A stretch of 63,038 nt of DNA, filler included, from Conidiobolus incongruus B7586 (lineage: Eukaryota): assembly GCA_000697335.1 (NCBI GenBank). It is 22 parts of 22 records of this genome, joined end to end, with 100 filler letters (N's around TTAATTAATTAA, not from the genome) between each part and the next. Parts side by side here need not be neighbours in the genome. Positions count along the whole stretch, not along the records: positions 37,098 to 39,074 come from JNEM01004522.1; positions 39,175 to 40,278 come from JNEM01004524.1; positions 40,379 to 42,135 come from JNEM01004525.1; positions 42,236 to 43,667 come from JNEM01004530.1; positions 43,768 to 45,032 come from JNEM01004532.1; positions 45,133 to 50,243 come from JNEM01004543.1; 16 more parts are not named here. The stretch is one strand, 5' to 3'. Shown here piece after piece: positions 37,098 to 50,343 of the stretch. Numbering within the stretch: the stretch's first letter is position 1; every line of letters starts with the position of its first letter. The notes under the pieces were generated by a model that saw nothing but the letters and a program-made list of their open reading frames with translations, did no database searches and was not told the DNA's origin. The position numbers and the translations under genes are program-made.

Positions 37098-39074
37098 TAT
37101 AATTATAAATAGTAATTTTATTAATATTAGTAAAAATCAATAAAATAAATAATCAAAAATCTTAATAATCTATAAGGATATACACTAGCCCACAAAAGTG
37201 AATCATAAAATTATAAATATATATATTATTATCAATAACTTTGTTAATTCTTAATCAAAATAATTTAAATTAAAACATATAATAAACTTATATTATTTAT
37301 TTATATTAAGTATATTTAATCTAATTACATTAACTTTTAGTTTATATTTTAAAGTTTAAATTTTACCTAAAATGAGTTATAAATTAGTATGTTTTGGTTA
37401 TGGAAAAAAATTAAAACTTAGTATATCTATCTTTTGCTTTTTTAAATTCCTTAAGTTTATAAGGTATAAAGTCAACTAACTTCTTATATTAAGAAGGATT
37501 AATTTTGTCCCAAGCTTCTTAAATATACTCCCACAGCTTATTTAAATTTTTTGCTAGTGGGAAAGCTTTAATTGTTTTTTAACTAATCCCAAAAGTATTC
37601 AATTAGATTTAAGTTAAATAATTAAAGAGGTTACTTTATAACTGTTATTTTATTATTTTTAAACTATTTGGTAATAGAAATAATAGTATAACAAGGGGTA
37701 TTATCTTGTTAAAAAATAACATCTGATTTATTTTACCTATATTATTGAACAGTTTTTTTAATTCATTATTTAGAATATTTTAGTATATCTCATTATTAAT
37801 TCCCCTATCAATTTTACAAAAATACCTTATACTAGAAGATAACATATATCCCTAAACTATATTTAACCTATTATTATATTTTTGAGTTGAAATAACATGA
37901 TGGTCACAAAGTAATTCTTTGTCTTTTCTGAAATATCTAGCTTTTCTATTAAATTTACTAAAGTATATTTTTGTTTCATCAGATTAAATAACCTTACTCT
38001 AATTAGTTTTAGTTCAACTTTAGTGGTGATATTTAAACTCCCACCTAACCTTATAATAAGACTTTATTAGTTAGGGGTGTTTTTTCTTAAAGTGTGAGTG
38101 GTATCTATTACAATATAGAGCATATATAATAGTATCAGTACTAACTAATATTCTTGTATAGTCTTGTAATTTTTTCTATACTTTTATAGCAATATTATAT
38201 TTACCTGTACTAACTAACCTGTAAATATACTTTTTATCATATTTATCTATAATCTTTATATACTTAAGTTTAGGTTTGGATATATTGTTATGATAATTTT
38301 TAATAGCTTTAGCTATAGTAAACTAACTAGCACTAGTAATTCCAATAATCTTATAAGTTGATTTACCTTTATTATAAAGTAGATTAATATATAAGTGAAT
38401 CTTTTTAAAGAGGGATTTAGGTATTTTAATACTAATATAATTAAAAAAATAATTTACAATAATAATATTAATATATATATTTAATTTAATAAAAAGACAA
38501 TTTAAGTTATTTTTTGTTTTATATACCTTTTTAACTCCTAAATCCATAAATTTATAACTCACCCTATTTAAAATTTAAAATTTGATATATTAACCAATAA
38601 TAAATTAAATATAATTAAGTATAACCTATTATAATAAGTAATATACCTTAATTATATATTTCAATTTAAATTATTTTAGTTAAGAATTGTTTAAATTATA
38701 GGTAAATATATAAGTGATTTTTATTTTATAACTCACTTTTGCAGGCTAGTGTATATTTATTTATATATTAAATATCTATTAATATTTTATTTATTAATTT
38801 TATTAAAATTCTATCTAATGATTAATATTAATATAATATAATAAGTTAATTTATTAACGATTTTTAAATTTATAAGTAAATTACTATTAAATAAAATATT
38901 AAATATATAATTAAACTTTTTTTTAATATATAACTATATAAAAAGCTTATTTATTATTTATCTCTTAAATTATTTTTAACTTTAAAAAATAAAATTTAAA
39001 AATTATTTAAAAATAAATATATTGATCTTTTTCCTTTACTATAAAAATCTTTTATTTTTTTTATATAAAAGGTT
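37098..39074 (+). mobile_element. G1-family pol fragment (37098-37182 and 38752-39074) interrupted by Tc1 copy A5
   Basis: Both flanks match contiguous G1 sequence at ~19505-19905 ('tataaagata-ta-tatttattta'). Confidence 0.8.
37183..38751 (-). mobile_element. Full-length Tc1-like DD34E element A5, 1569 bp, TA target duplication, ~205-bp imperfect TIRs
   Basis: TA|CACTAGCCCACAAAAGTGAATCATAAAAT ... ATTTTATAACTCACTTTTGCAGGCTAGTG|TA. Transposase relics I*SDET, *QDN and LIE. The HTH start PKSLFKKIHL..GKST is seen in the ORF track. Confidence 0.95.
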
Positions 39075-39174
39075 NNNNNNNNNNNNNNNNNNNNNNNNNN
39101 NNNNNNNNNNNNNNNNNNTTAATTAATTAANNNNNNNNNNNNNNNNNNNNNNNNNNNNNNNNNNNNNNNNNNNN

Positions 39175-40278
39175 AAAACATTACTCAAAAAACTTAATTT
39201 AACAAACTAGTTATTTTATTATTATAAATATATTAAATTATCTCTATAATATTTTTAAAGATATATTAACTATTTATAATAGTTTTAAAAACCTTTACAA
39301 GCTTAAAAATTATTTTAAAAATATAAAGAATTATTTGAATTTAAATATTTATAAAAACTTAAAGAATATTTTTAAATTAATTACTTGTTTTATAAAAAAA
39401 ACTATTTATACTTTATAGCTAATTCATTATAAATTTAATTTTAAAAATCTTTAAAAGGATAACTTATTATAAAAATACAAACTTTTGAATAATTAGAAAA
39501 AACCTTTAAACAAAGATATTACTTATAAAATTAAGTTTAATTAACTAGAGAAAAGCTTTTTTAACTTAAACAAAAAACCTTTAAAAGGTAATTAATTATG
39601 AAATTTAATGAGATATACTTAAATATATTAAGTATTACTGAAGAAAAATAAATCTACAAGCTATTATAATGTTTTAATCTTTAAATAAAGCTTTAATTAA
39701 TTAATAAAAAATATTTTAATAATATTTTTTTTTCTAATATTTATAATATAGTAATTATGATTAATGATATCTTTTATTTTATAATTAAATCTTTATATCT
39801 AAAGAATTAATCTTTTAAAACTTATTTTAACCTACTTAAATCTTAAATATTAAATGTTTTTGTTTTAAAGCTTAATAAGAAAAATACTTAATCTAGAAAT
39901 TAATGCTTTTTTGAAATTAAATAAAAATTGCTATTATTGTTAAAAAACTTAAATTAATTATAAATATAATAAATATCCCTTTAAGAAATAACATTAATTT
40001 AATCAATAATAATTTTAATTTACTATCTATAAATTAAACTTAAATAGTATTAGTATATCTTTAAAATTATCTCTTTCACAAATAATTTACAAATTTTAAT
40101 TTAATCTATAATAGTTTTAATAAACTAATAATTTTACAAATAAAATTATATATAATAAAAAGATTTAATTTATCAAACTATTAGAGATTAAAAATATTCT
40201 AATAACTAGTTATTTTATATTTCTAATATCTTTAATTATTACCCTATTATTTATTTTAACTACTTATTATATATATAT
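39175..40278 (+). mobile_element. G1-family gag region fragment
   Basis: Colinear with ~18015-19110 of G1. Confidence 0.88.
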
Positions 40279-40411
40279 NNNNNNNNNNNNNNNNNNNNNN
40301 NNNNNNNNNNNNNNNNNNNNNNTTAATTAATTAANNNNNNNNNNNNNNNNNNNNNNNNNNNNNNNNNNNNNNNNNNNNATATTAAATATTATATTATTAA
40401 ATCTAATCATA

Positions 40412-40660
40412 TATATTAGTTTTTCAAAATTAATTATAAAGTTAATATTATAGATATATTGACTTATAGCTTAAACAAGTCTTAAATATAATTAATTAAA
40501 ATTAAATAATATAGTTTAATTATAATATAATATTTTAACTATTTATATTAGAGTATATTTTATTAATATTTGGTAAATTTATTTGAATTTAAAATTTAAT
40601 TAAAATAAGTTATAATTTATAGATATATAAGTTATAAAAATATAAATAAGTATTTATATA
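40412..40660 (+). mobile_element. Older A-related left end, apparent target of A6 insertion
   Basis: Degenerate match to the A left TIR including the inner repeat ('aaaataagttataatttatagatatataagtta'). Confidence 0.5.
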
Positions 40661-40662
40661 TA

Positions 40663-42135
40663 CACTAGCTTGCAGAAATGAGTCATAAAATCAAAATTAC
40701 TTAATTATTTACCTATATCTTAAACTATTCTTAATTAAATAAATTTAAATTAAAATATATAATTTACCTATATTTATTGATTATAATTAACTATATTTAA
40801 TTATATTTCATTAGCTATTGGTTAATATATCAAAACCTAAAATTTAACTAAGATGAGTCATAAATTTGTGGGTTTATAAGTTAAAAGGGTATAAATAACA
40901 AAACTTATATATATTATCTTTTTCTTTTGTTATAATATATATATTATAAAACTATTAAGCTAATATTTTAAAATTAATATTATAATACCTAAATCTCTCT
41001 TTGAAAAAGTTTACTTATATATTAATCAACTTTATAATAAAAATTAATCAACTTGTGACATTGCTAGAATTACTAGTATTAGCTAATCTATTATAGCTAG
41101 GGTTATTAAGAAAAATGCTAAAAAAACACCTAAACGAAAATTTAAATATATTAAGATTATAGATAAATATGATGAAAAGTATATTAATAGATTATTTAGT
41201 ATAGGTAAGTGTAAAATTACTTAAAAGTATAACAAAAATTACAAGACTATGCAGGAATATTAGTTAATATTGATACTATTATATATGCTTTATATTAGAA
41301 TAAATATCACTCATATCTTAAGAAAAAACAACCCTAATTAAAAAAGTCCCATTTTAGGGTTAAGTGGGAGTTTGAATGTAAATACTAAAGTTGAACCAAA
41401 ACTAACTAAAATAATATTATTTAATTTGATAAAACAAAGATATATCTTAATAGATTTAATAAAAGAGCTAAATGTTTCAGAAAAGATAAAAAATTACTTT
41501 ATAACCATTATGTTATTATAATCCAAAAATATAATAATAAGCTAATTATAGTTTGGGGATATATGTTATCTTCAGGTATAAGGTATCTTTGTAGGGTTGA
41601 TAGGGGAATTAATGTTGAGATATATTAAAGTATTCTAAACAATAAATTGAAAAAAATTATTGAGTGATATAGATTAAAAAAATCAAATATTATTTTCTAA
41701 TAAGATAATACACCTTGTTATACTATAATTTCTATAATTAAATAGCTTAAAAATAACAAAATAATTATTATGAAATGGCCTCCTTAATCTCCTAATCTTA
41801 ATTTAATTAAATATCTTTGGAATGAATTAAAAAAATTAATTAAAGCTTTCCCCCAACAAAAGATTTAAATTAACTTTAGGAGTATATTTGAGAAACTTGG
41901 AACAATATTAGTCTTGGTTAATGTAAGAAACTAGTTGACTTTATACTCCACAAACTTAAAGAAATTAGAAAAGCAAAAGTTGGATATATTAGATATTAAT
42001 TTCTCTATCAATATTAAAACTTGCAAATTTATAACTTATCTTAAATATACTTTTAGTTTTAATATGTCAATTAATAATTAATTAAATTTAACTTTATATA
42101 TTATATAATAAATAAAAAATATATATTAATTACAT
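40663..42135 (+). mobile_element. Tc1-like family A copy A6 (least mutated; transposase relic ~40980-41998)
   Basis: TA|CACTAGCTTGCAGAAATGAGTCATAAAATC. Reads IVWGYMLSSGIRYLCRVDRGIN and F**DNTPCYT...MKWPP*SPNLNLIKYLW, with 34 residues between the second D and the E position. C-terminus GYIRY*. Confidence 0.95.
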
Positions 42136-42235
42136 NNNNNNNNNNNNNNNNNNNNNNNNNNNNNNNNNNNNNNNNNNNNTTAATTAATTAANNNNNNNNN
42201 NNNNNNNNNNNNNNNNNNNNNNNNNNNNNNNNNNN

Positions 42236-42991
42236 AAATTTTTAAAAAATTATAAAATTACTTTATGATTATTATCTTAACTTTACCCAAAAGTATAATA
42301 ATAGGTTAATTATTATTTAAGTATATATACTGTTTCTAGGTATAAAGTATTTTTATAAAGTTAATAAAGGAAATATTATTGAGATATATTAAAATATTTT
42401 AAATAATAATTTGAAAAAAGTTATTGAATTATTTAAGTTTAATAAATCTAATATTATTTTTTAATAAGATAATATTTTTTATTATATTATAGCTTTTATT
42501 ATTAAATAGATTAAGAATAACAAGATAGTAATTATAAAGTAGTTTTTTAATTTCTTAATTTTAATTTAATTAAATACCTTTAAGATTAGTTAAAAAAATT
42601 ATTAAAGTTTTCCACTTAATAAAAGATTTAAATTAGCTTTGGGAATATATTTAAGAAGTATAAAATAAGATTAACTTTTCTTAATATAAGAAGTTAGTTA
42701 ATTTTATATCTTATAAAATTAAAGAAGTTAGAAAAGTTAAAATTAAATATATTAAGTTTTAGTTTTTTTATTATCAAAAACCTATAAATTTATGACTTAT
42801 CTCAAATAAAATTTGAGAGTTAATATCTCAGCTAATTAATAATTAAATATCATCATATAATGATTAATATTATTAATTGATATATATAATTTTAATTATT
42901 TAATTTAGGTTTATTTTATTAAATATTAATTAAGTTATTAGTAAAAATATAAATATTTTTTGATTTTATAACTTATATTTGTAGGCTAATA
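42236..42991 (+). mobile_element. Tc1-like family A copy A7 (3' half with right TIR); a further inverted left-end fragment follows at ~43020-43260
   Basis: Colinear with the A6 3' half. Ends 'gattttataacttatatttgtaggctaata|ta'. Confidence 0.82.
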
Positions 42992-43767
42992 TAAAACTTA
43001 ATAAAAATAATTAAATAAATTTTATTTTATATATCTTTTGATTTATAAACCTATAAATATATAATTTACCCTAGTTAAAAATTAAATTATGATATTTTAG
43101 CCAATTATATTTTAATTATAATTATATAAAATCTATTTTATTAAGATAATATATTTTAATTATAAATCTTAGTTTAAATTAATTAGTTAGAAGTTAATTA
43201 TTCTAAAGGTAGATATATATATAATTTTTATTTTTTTATTTATTTACATGAGTTAATATATATTTAAATATTATACTAATTATAACTTTAATATTTGCGA
43301 TTTTATTTTATATTTTAAATATAATTCAATTGAGAAATATTAATCAAATTCTTTTATTTTATAATAAATAGAATATAACCAGATTTTTTTAGTATTGTTT
43401 GAAATTCAAAAATAATTAAAATAATAGATAAAAATTTAAATTATTTATTTATATCAAAGTTAATTAATTTATTAAAAGGAAGAAAATATTTAAAACTTAT
43501 TAGTATTTAAAAAAATAACTTTTATAATCATTTTGGTAATTTTTGATATATTCAAAAAATAAAATAAAAAATAACCTTTTATATAAACTAATAAATAATC
43601 AATTATTTTTATATTAGCTATATAATAAAAATAAATATATTTATATATATATATTTAATTATAAGCTNNNNNNNNNNNNNNNNNNNNNNNNNNNNNNNNN
43701 NNNNNNNNNNNTTAATTAATTAANNNNNNNNNNNNNNNNNNNNNNNNNNNNNNNNNNNNNNNNNNNN

Positions 43768-45032
43768 TTTATATATATTATAAAACTATTAAATTAATAT
43801 TTTAAAATTAATATTATATTATTTAAATCTCTTTTTAAAAAAGTTTACTTATCTATTAATTAATCATATAATAAAAATAAATCAACTTATAAGGTTATTA
43901 AAATTATTAATATTAGTTAATTTATTATAATTATGGTTATTAAAAACAATATTAAAAAATCAATTAAACTAAAACTTAAGCATAGTAAATTATAGATAAA
44001 TATGATAAAAAATATATTTATAAATTAATTAATATAAGTAAATATAATATTATTATAGAAATTTAACAAGAATTATAAAATTATATAAGTATATTAATTA
44101 ATATTAATACTATTATATATAATTAATATTAAAATAAATATCATTTATATTTTAAGAAAAAACACCCTTAATTAAAAAAATCATATTATAAAGTTAAGTG
44201 GGAGTTTAAAAATCAATATTAAAGTTAAACCAAAATCAATTAGAGTAAAGTTATTTAATTAAATAAAATAAATATATATTTTAATAAATATAACAAAAAA
44301 ATTAAATATTTCAAAAAAGATAAAAATTATGTTATAACCATTATGTTATTATAACCTAAAAATATAATAATAGGTTAATTATAGTTTAAGGATATTTATT
44401 ATCTTTAAATGTAAAATAATTTTATAAGGTTAAAAAAGGAGTTAATATTAAAATATAATAAAACATTTTAAACAATGAATTAAAAAAATTATTGAGTAAT
44501 ATAAGTTAAATAAATCAAAAATTATTTTATAAAAATATAATATCTTTTATTATATTATAAATTTTATTATTAAATAACTTAAAAATAACAAAAAAGTTTT
44601 ATAAAATAATCTTTTTAGTTTTTTAATTTTAACCTAAATAAACCTTCTTAGGATTAATTAAAAAAATTAATTAAAGTTTTTCCTTTAGTAAAAAATTTAA
44701 ATCAACTTTAAAAGAATATTCAAGAAGCTTAGAATAATATTAGTTTTATTTAAAATAAAAAACTAGTTGACTTTATACCTCATAAACTTAAAAAAATTAA
44801 AAAACAAAAGATAAATATATTAAAAAATAATTTTTCTATTAATACCAAAACCCACAAATTTATAACTCATTTTAAATATATTTTTAATTTTAATATATCA
44901 ATTAATAATTAATGATATTTAACTTTATATATTATATTATAAATAAAAAATATATATTAATTACATAGTTTAATATAAGTTTATTTAAATTAGAACTAAT
45001 TAAGATATTAATAAAAATATTTATATTTTTAA
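43768..45032 (+). mobile_element. Tc1-like family A copy A8
   Basis: Colinear with A6 from 40930 onward. Confidence 0.9.
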
Positions 45033-45132
45033 NNNNNNNNNNNNNNNNNNNNNNNNNNNNNNNNNNNNNNNNNNNNTTAATTAATTAANNNNNNNNNNNN
45101 NNNNNNNNNNNNNNNNNNNNNNNNNNNNNNNN

Positions 45133-48100
45133 TATTATCTCTTTAATAAAATAATTTTACACAACATTAACTTAAAAAATAATCTTAACTATTTTATAAC
45201 TTATATACATAAAAAAATTTTACAATATAGTAATTTTATTAAAGATAATAATTATATTAAATTTAACTCAAGAATATTTTTTAAAGTATAAAAATTTAAT
45301 GGAAAATAAAAGGATGTGAAATTATTTTTAACCTAACTAAAAATAAAATTTGAAGTTATAAAAATAAATGATTAAAGTAAGCTAATTTTATTTTTTTAAA
45401 ATCTATCACTTAAAGTAATATGTTAGTTTATAACCATTAAAAAAACTTTATAGAAAAAAGTAAAGGAAAAATTTAAGTGAAGATATTTTAGTGAAATATT
45501 ACAATATATAGTATAAGATAAATTAATTTGTATAAGCTAAAAGAAAAATAAAGTACTTGAAGATTACCTAAAGTAATTTAAAATAGTATATAGTAAATTA
45601 AAAGGTAAACATTAAAAAAATATATTATATATTAAGTTAATTAGATCATTAAAACTTAAACTAAAGAATATAGTTTAAATTAAATATTTTGATAAAAAAA
45701 ATTAAGAAAAACTTTGTAAAAAGTTGGTAGAGTTGAATAAAATATATAATTTCAATAATATTTTAAAGAAAAATATAGTTTATTTTATAAAAGAAAATAG
45801 AGTAGTAACTTATTAAGTATAAAATTCATATGTAAAAAACAAGTTAAAGTTATTAAATATAGAAGAAATTAAAAAAATACTATATATTTAACAATAAGCA
45901 ATTATTAAACAACATAAGTTATGTTATAATTGTTTTAAAAATAAACATTAAATAAAATAATATCTTAAACAAATAAAAAAAGATAAAAATTAGTAAGTAA
46001 AAAAACTACTACTAATTTAAATAAAAATCCCAATGTTTTTATAATAAGTAAATAAAAAAAACCTAAAAGTAAAGAACTAAAGAAGTTTATAAAAGCTATA
46101 GGTTGTAACTATCTAAAAAAAACTAATCTACTAGAAAGTATAAATAAACTAGTTTTAAAATAGGTATAGTTGTGGGAAAAGGTACATCTATTAAAAAACC
46201 AACAGCAGTTATAAATTAAAGATAAATAATTATTAGAGAAGGTAAATAAAAAAACAAATTTATTACCTATAAAAGAAGTAAAAAAAGATAAAGATTAGGA
46301 AGAAATAAAAAATAACCTTAGATTAAAATAAATTGATAAACAACAATATTTTTCACTAAAATAAATAATTTAACTAAATTTATTATATTAAAGAGTATCT
46401 TTAATATTTAAAGTTTTTAACCTTTAATTAAAATAAAAATTGTAGGTAATAGTACCAATAAAAAAAGTTAACTAAATTTTTTAAATTAGACATCTAATAG
46501 AAAAATATATAAATAAAATAGTTTTATTATTATATTAAGTTAAAAGTTAAACTTAAACAAGAAAATCTACTTTATATTTTTTAACTTAAATTAATAAAAT
46601 TAAAATGACTATAATATTAAATTTAAAATATATTAAAGTAACATTAAATAAAGAAAGTTTTAAGAAATTAAAACTAAAAGAAGATTTTATAATATTAATA
46701 AAAATTAATAATATTAAAAGAAGAAAAACTACTCATAAGAAAGTTTTTAAAGAATTAAAGATTAAAGTAATAAATAGAGAAGTGGTTTTATTTATGGTAG
46801 TTTTAAAAGATAAAGAGTATAATATTCTACTAAGAAAATATTAAAGTTAAAAAACTAGTTTTATCTATAATAAAAAAAAGAATTTCATAGAAATTTACAA
46901 CAAGTGATTTTTACTTAAGTAATTTATATTAACATTTAAAAGTGTTAATTAAGTGTATATAGAAATAAATAAAAATAACATAATAGAAGTAATTTATATA
47001 AATGAAAATAATAGTTATAACTTAATAAATTTAAAGATTCTAAAAAAAGTTATTATAGAGGGAAAAAAAATAATTAAAATATTAAAAGTTATTAAGATAA
47101 ATTATTTTATAATAAGTTAAACTTTAAGTTTAAATTTAAATATATATATAGTAAAGATAATAAAATATTAATGATTAAAATGAAAAATGTAGGAGGTTTA
47201 AAATTAATTAATAGAATAAATAAAATAGTAGGTACTAAATTAACAATAGATTTAAAAGAAGAAAATTGGTAGATAAGAGAAGTTAGAGAATAAAGTTAAA
47301 GCTAATAAAAAGAAAAAATAGATTTAAAAGAGTAGAAGATAAAAGTTGAAATGAATATATAAAGAAACTTGGTAATAACTATACTAAATAAATTAACAAA
47401 GGTTTTCTTAACATTTAAATATAATGTAAGAAAGGTAAATATTAAGTATAAGATTTATATAAATGATAAGTTAACTTTAATATAACTATAGTATAAAAAA
47501 TCTTTAAAAGAGAAAGAAGCAGAAATTATAAAAATGAATAAGTTATTAAAAACAAATTTAATTAAACTTTTAGTTTTTAATTATACAACATTAATAATCT
47601 TGTTGAAAAAGGAAGATAAATTAATAAAGGTAGTTATTAATTACTAAAGTATTAATAAAACTATTAAATTAGATAACTATTTAATCTTATAAATTAATGA
47701 TTATTTAAACAGTATAAAAGAATCTAAATGGTTTACAACTTTAGATTTAATAAAAAAATACTACCAATTACCTTTAAAAGAAAATTTAAAATTAATTACA
47801 GCTTTTAATTTTGTTAAAAAATTATTTTAGTGATAGGCTTTACTAATAAGAATATTAACATCAAGAACAACTTTTCAAAAGTTATTAAATTAAATTATAA
47901 GAAATTTGTAGTTAAAATGTATAAAGGTATATATTAATAATATTACTAAATATTTTTTAACTTTTAAAGAATATTTAATAAATATAAAAAAGTTGTTAAT
48001 AAGATTAAAAAAAGGAGGTTTAAAATTTAATACTATTAAATATAAGTTTTTTTTAAAAAGGTTAAAATTTTAAGTTATATCATTAATAAAAATAAAATAA

Positions 48101-50206
48101 AAATAAATCCCAAAAAAATAAATGTGATTTTAAATATAAATAAACCACAAAATATTAAAGAGGTTAAAAGTTTAATAAGTGTTTTAAATTTTGTACAAAG
48201 GTTTATTTTTAATTGTAATTCTTTATGTTAATTATTTTATCATTTAATAAAGAAGAAAATACCTTTTGTTTAAAGGGTAAAATAATATAAAACCCTTAAT
48301 AAGTTAAAAAAACTATTGTTAGAATAAATTATATTACAACACTTAAATTTTAATGAAAATTTTATTATTAAAACAAATACAAGTGTAAAAAGTATAGGTG
48401 TTATACTAATATAAAAGAACAAAAAAAGAGAAGGTTATTTTATTATTTATAAGTTTAAATTATTAACAAAAGCTGAAAAAAATTATAGTGTTATTAACTT
48501 AAAAAGTTTAACTATAGTATAAAATATAAAACATTTTTATTATTAAGTATATAAGATAAAATTTACTATTATTATTAATTATTATACTTTATTAACCTTA
48601 AAAGATAAAGAATATTTAAAGGGGAGATTAAATAAATAAGCATATAAATTATTATTTTATAACTTTAACATTATATATAAAAAAAGAAAAAATAATTATA
48701 TTGTTGATATACTTTTATAGTTAGTTAAATTAATAAAAACTAATAAGGTAGTTTATAATCAAGATAAAATAAATTTAAAGCATAAAAAGAATTTAGAAAA
48801 CTATCTAAAAATAAAAATAAAATTGTTAGAACATTACCATTATATTTTTAAAAGATATTATAAAGTTTATAAATTATATCTAGTGATATAAACAAACTTT
48901 AGTTAGTTAAATATATAAAATAATTATGTAGAAGTAGTGAGAAATTATAAATAGTGTTAGAAATTTAATAACAAATTAGTTTAAAAACCTTTCAAGCTTA
49001 TAATAACACACTAACTTATATAGAAGGTAAAAATAGATTTTAGTGATTTTAGTGAGGTATATAATATAAAAAGCAAATTCATTATAGGTGTTGATTATTT
49101 TATAAGGTGGGTAGAGGTAATATTAGTTAATAGATTAAATAAAACAATAGTTAAAGAGTTTTTAAATAAATAAGTTACTAGTTATAATATCCTAAAAAAA
49201 CTAATAATAGATAATATCTTTACTTTTGTGTTTATAGGTATTAAACAATAGTGTAAGGTTTAGAAAGTGAATAAACTAAAAGTTACTATTTATTATCTAG
49301 AAATAAACAAAGAGGTAAAAAGGAACATTAATATATTTAAGAAAATTATAAGGAAAATGGTAGTTGTAAATAAAATGAGATAAAATAACTAAGTTACTAT
49401 AGTATTATTAGTAATGTAAATCACACTTTATTTTTATATAGGTTTTTTACTTTTTTAATTATTATATAAGCAAAAAATAAATATAATCACCAATATTATT
49501 AAAGATAAAAAAACTTTATATTTGTGTTATAAGTTTTATAAAGATTATGTAGTTAAATTAAGTATCATACTAAAAAAAATATATAATTAAGCTTATAAGA
49601 ATAATATTTGTTTTAAGGCAAAGATAGTTTAAGTAAGATAAAAAAAAGTTAGATAATTAGTTTTTTTGTGTTAAAGTATTAGTGTTGTATAATTAATAAA
49701 GACTTTTAAAGAAAAAGAAGTGGGTATTTAGATAAGATTATTCAAAATAATTAAGATAACAAAAAAACCTACTTATAAAATTAGTTATGTAAGTAACTTA
49801 TTAATCATAACAAAAGTTTATCTTTAATTCTTAAAGCTTTTCTATAACTAATTAAATAAATAACAGGGAAGTTTAGATACTAGGAATAATAAGTGCTAGT
49901 ACTAAATTAAAAGGATGTTATGTTTATGAGTTATATAATCAAACATGTTTATGTTAATAAATGATATATTGATAAATAACATCTGATATTTTAATAGTTT
50001 GTAGTTGTAATATAAAAGTGATTTTTATATTTTAAATAATAAAAGATATCTTTTTTATTTTTTTATTCATATTTAACATTTAATTAAACCTACATATAAA
50101 AGAATTAACAATATTATCTCTTCAATAGAATAACTTCACATAATATTAACCTAAAAAATAATTTTAGCCATCCTAAAACCTATATAAATAAAAGAGTTTT
50201 ACAATA
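45133..50206 (+). mobile_element. Near full-length degenerate Ty3/gypsy retrotransposon, family G2 (partial 5' LTR 45133-45227, 3' LTR 49916-50206)
   Basis: Terminal direct repeat. PPT 'aaaagga' followed by TGTTATG. Gag zinc-knuckle relic CYNCFKNKH (~45923), RT relics WFTTLDLIKKYYQL (~47729) and VYINNI (YIDD, ~47927), integrase IGVDYFIRWVEV (~49084). Confidence 0.92.
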
Positions 50207-50343
50207 TAAACTATAAATTATTTATTAACTTAAATAATAGAAANNNNNNNNNNNNNNNNNNNNNNNNNNNNNNNNNNNNNNNNNNNNTTAATTAATTAAN
50301 NNNNNNNNNNNNNNNNNNNNNNNNNNNNNNNNNNNNNNNNNNN

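Noticed and set aside
38323..38562. 79-aa ORF
   Set aside because: Stop-free stretch of dead Tc1 copy A5 (inner repeat plus transposase N-terminus), not an independent gene.
46605..46844. 79-aa K/I-rich ORF
   Set aside because: Residual open stretch in the mutated gag/protease region of gypsy G2.
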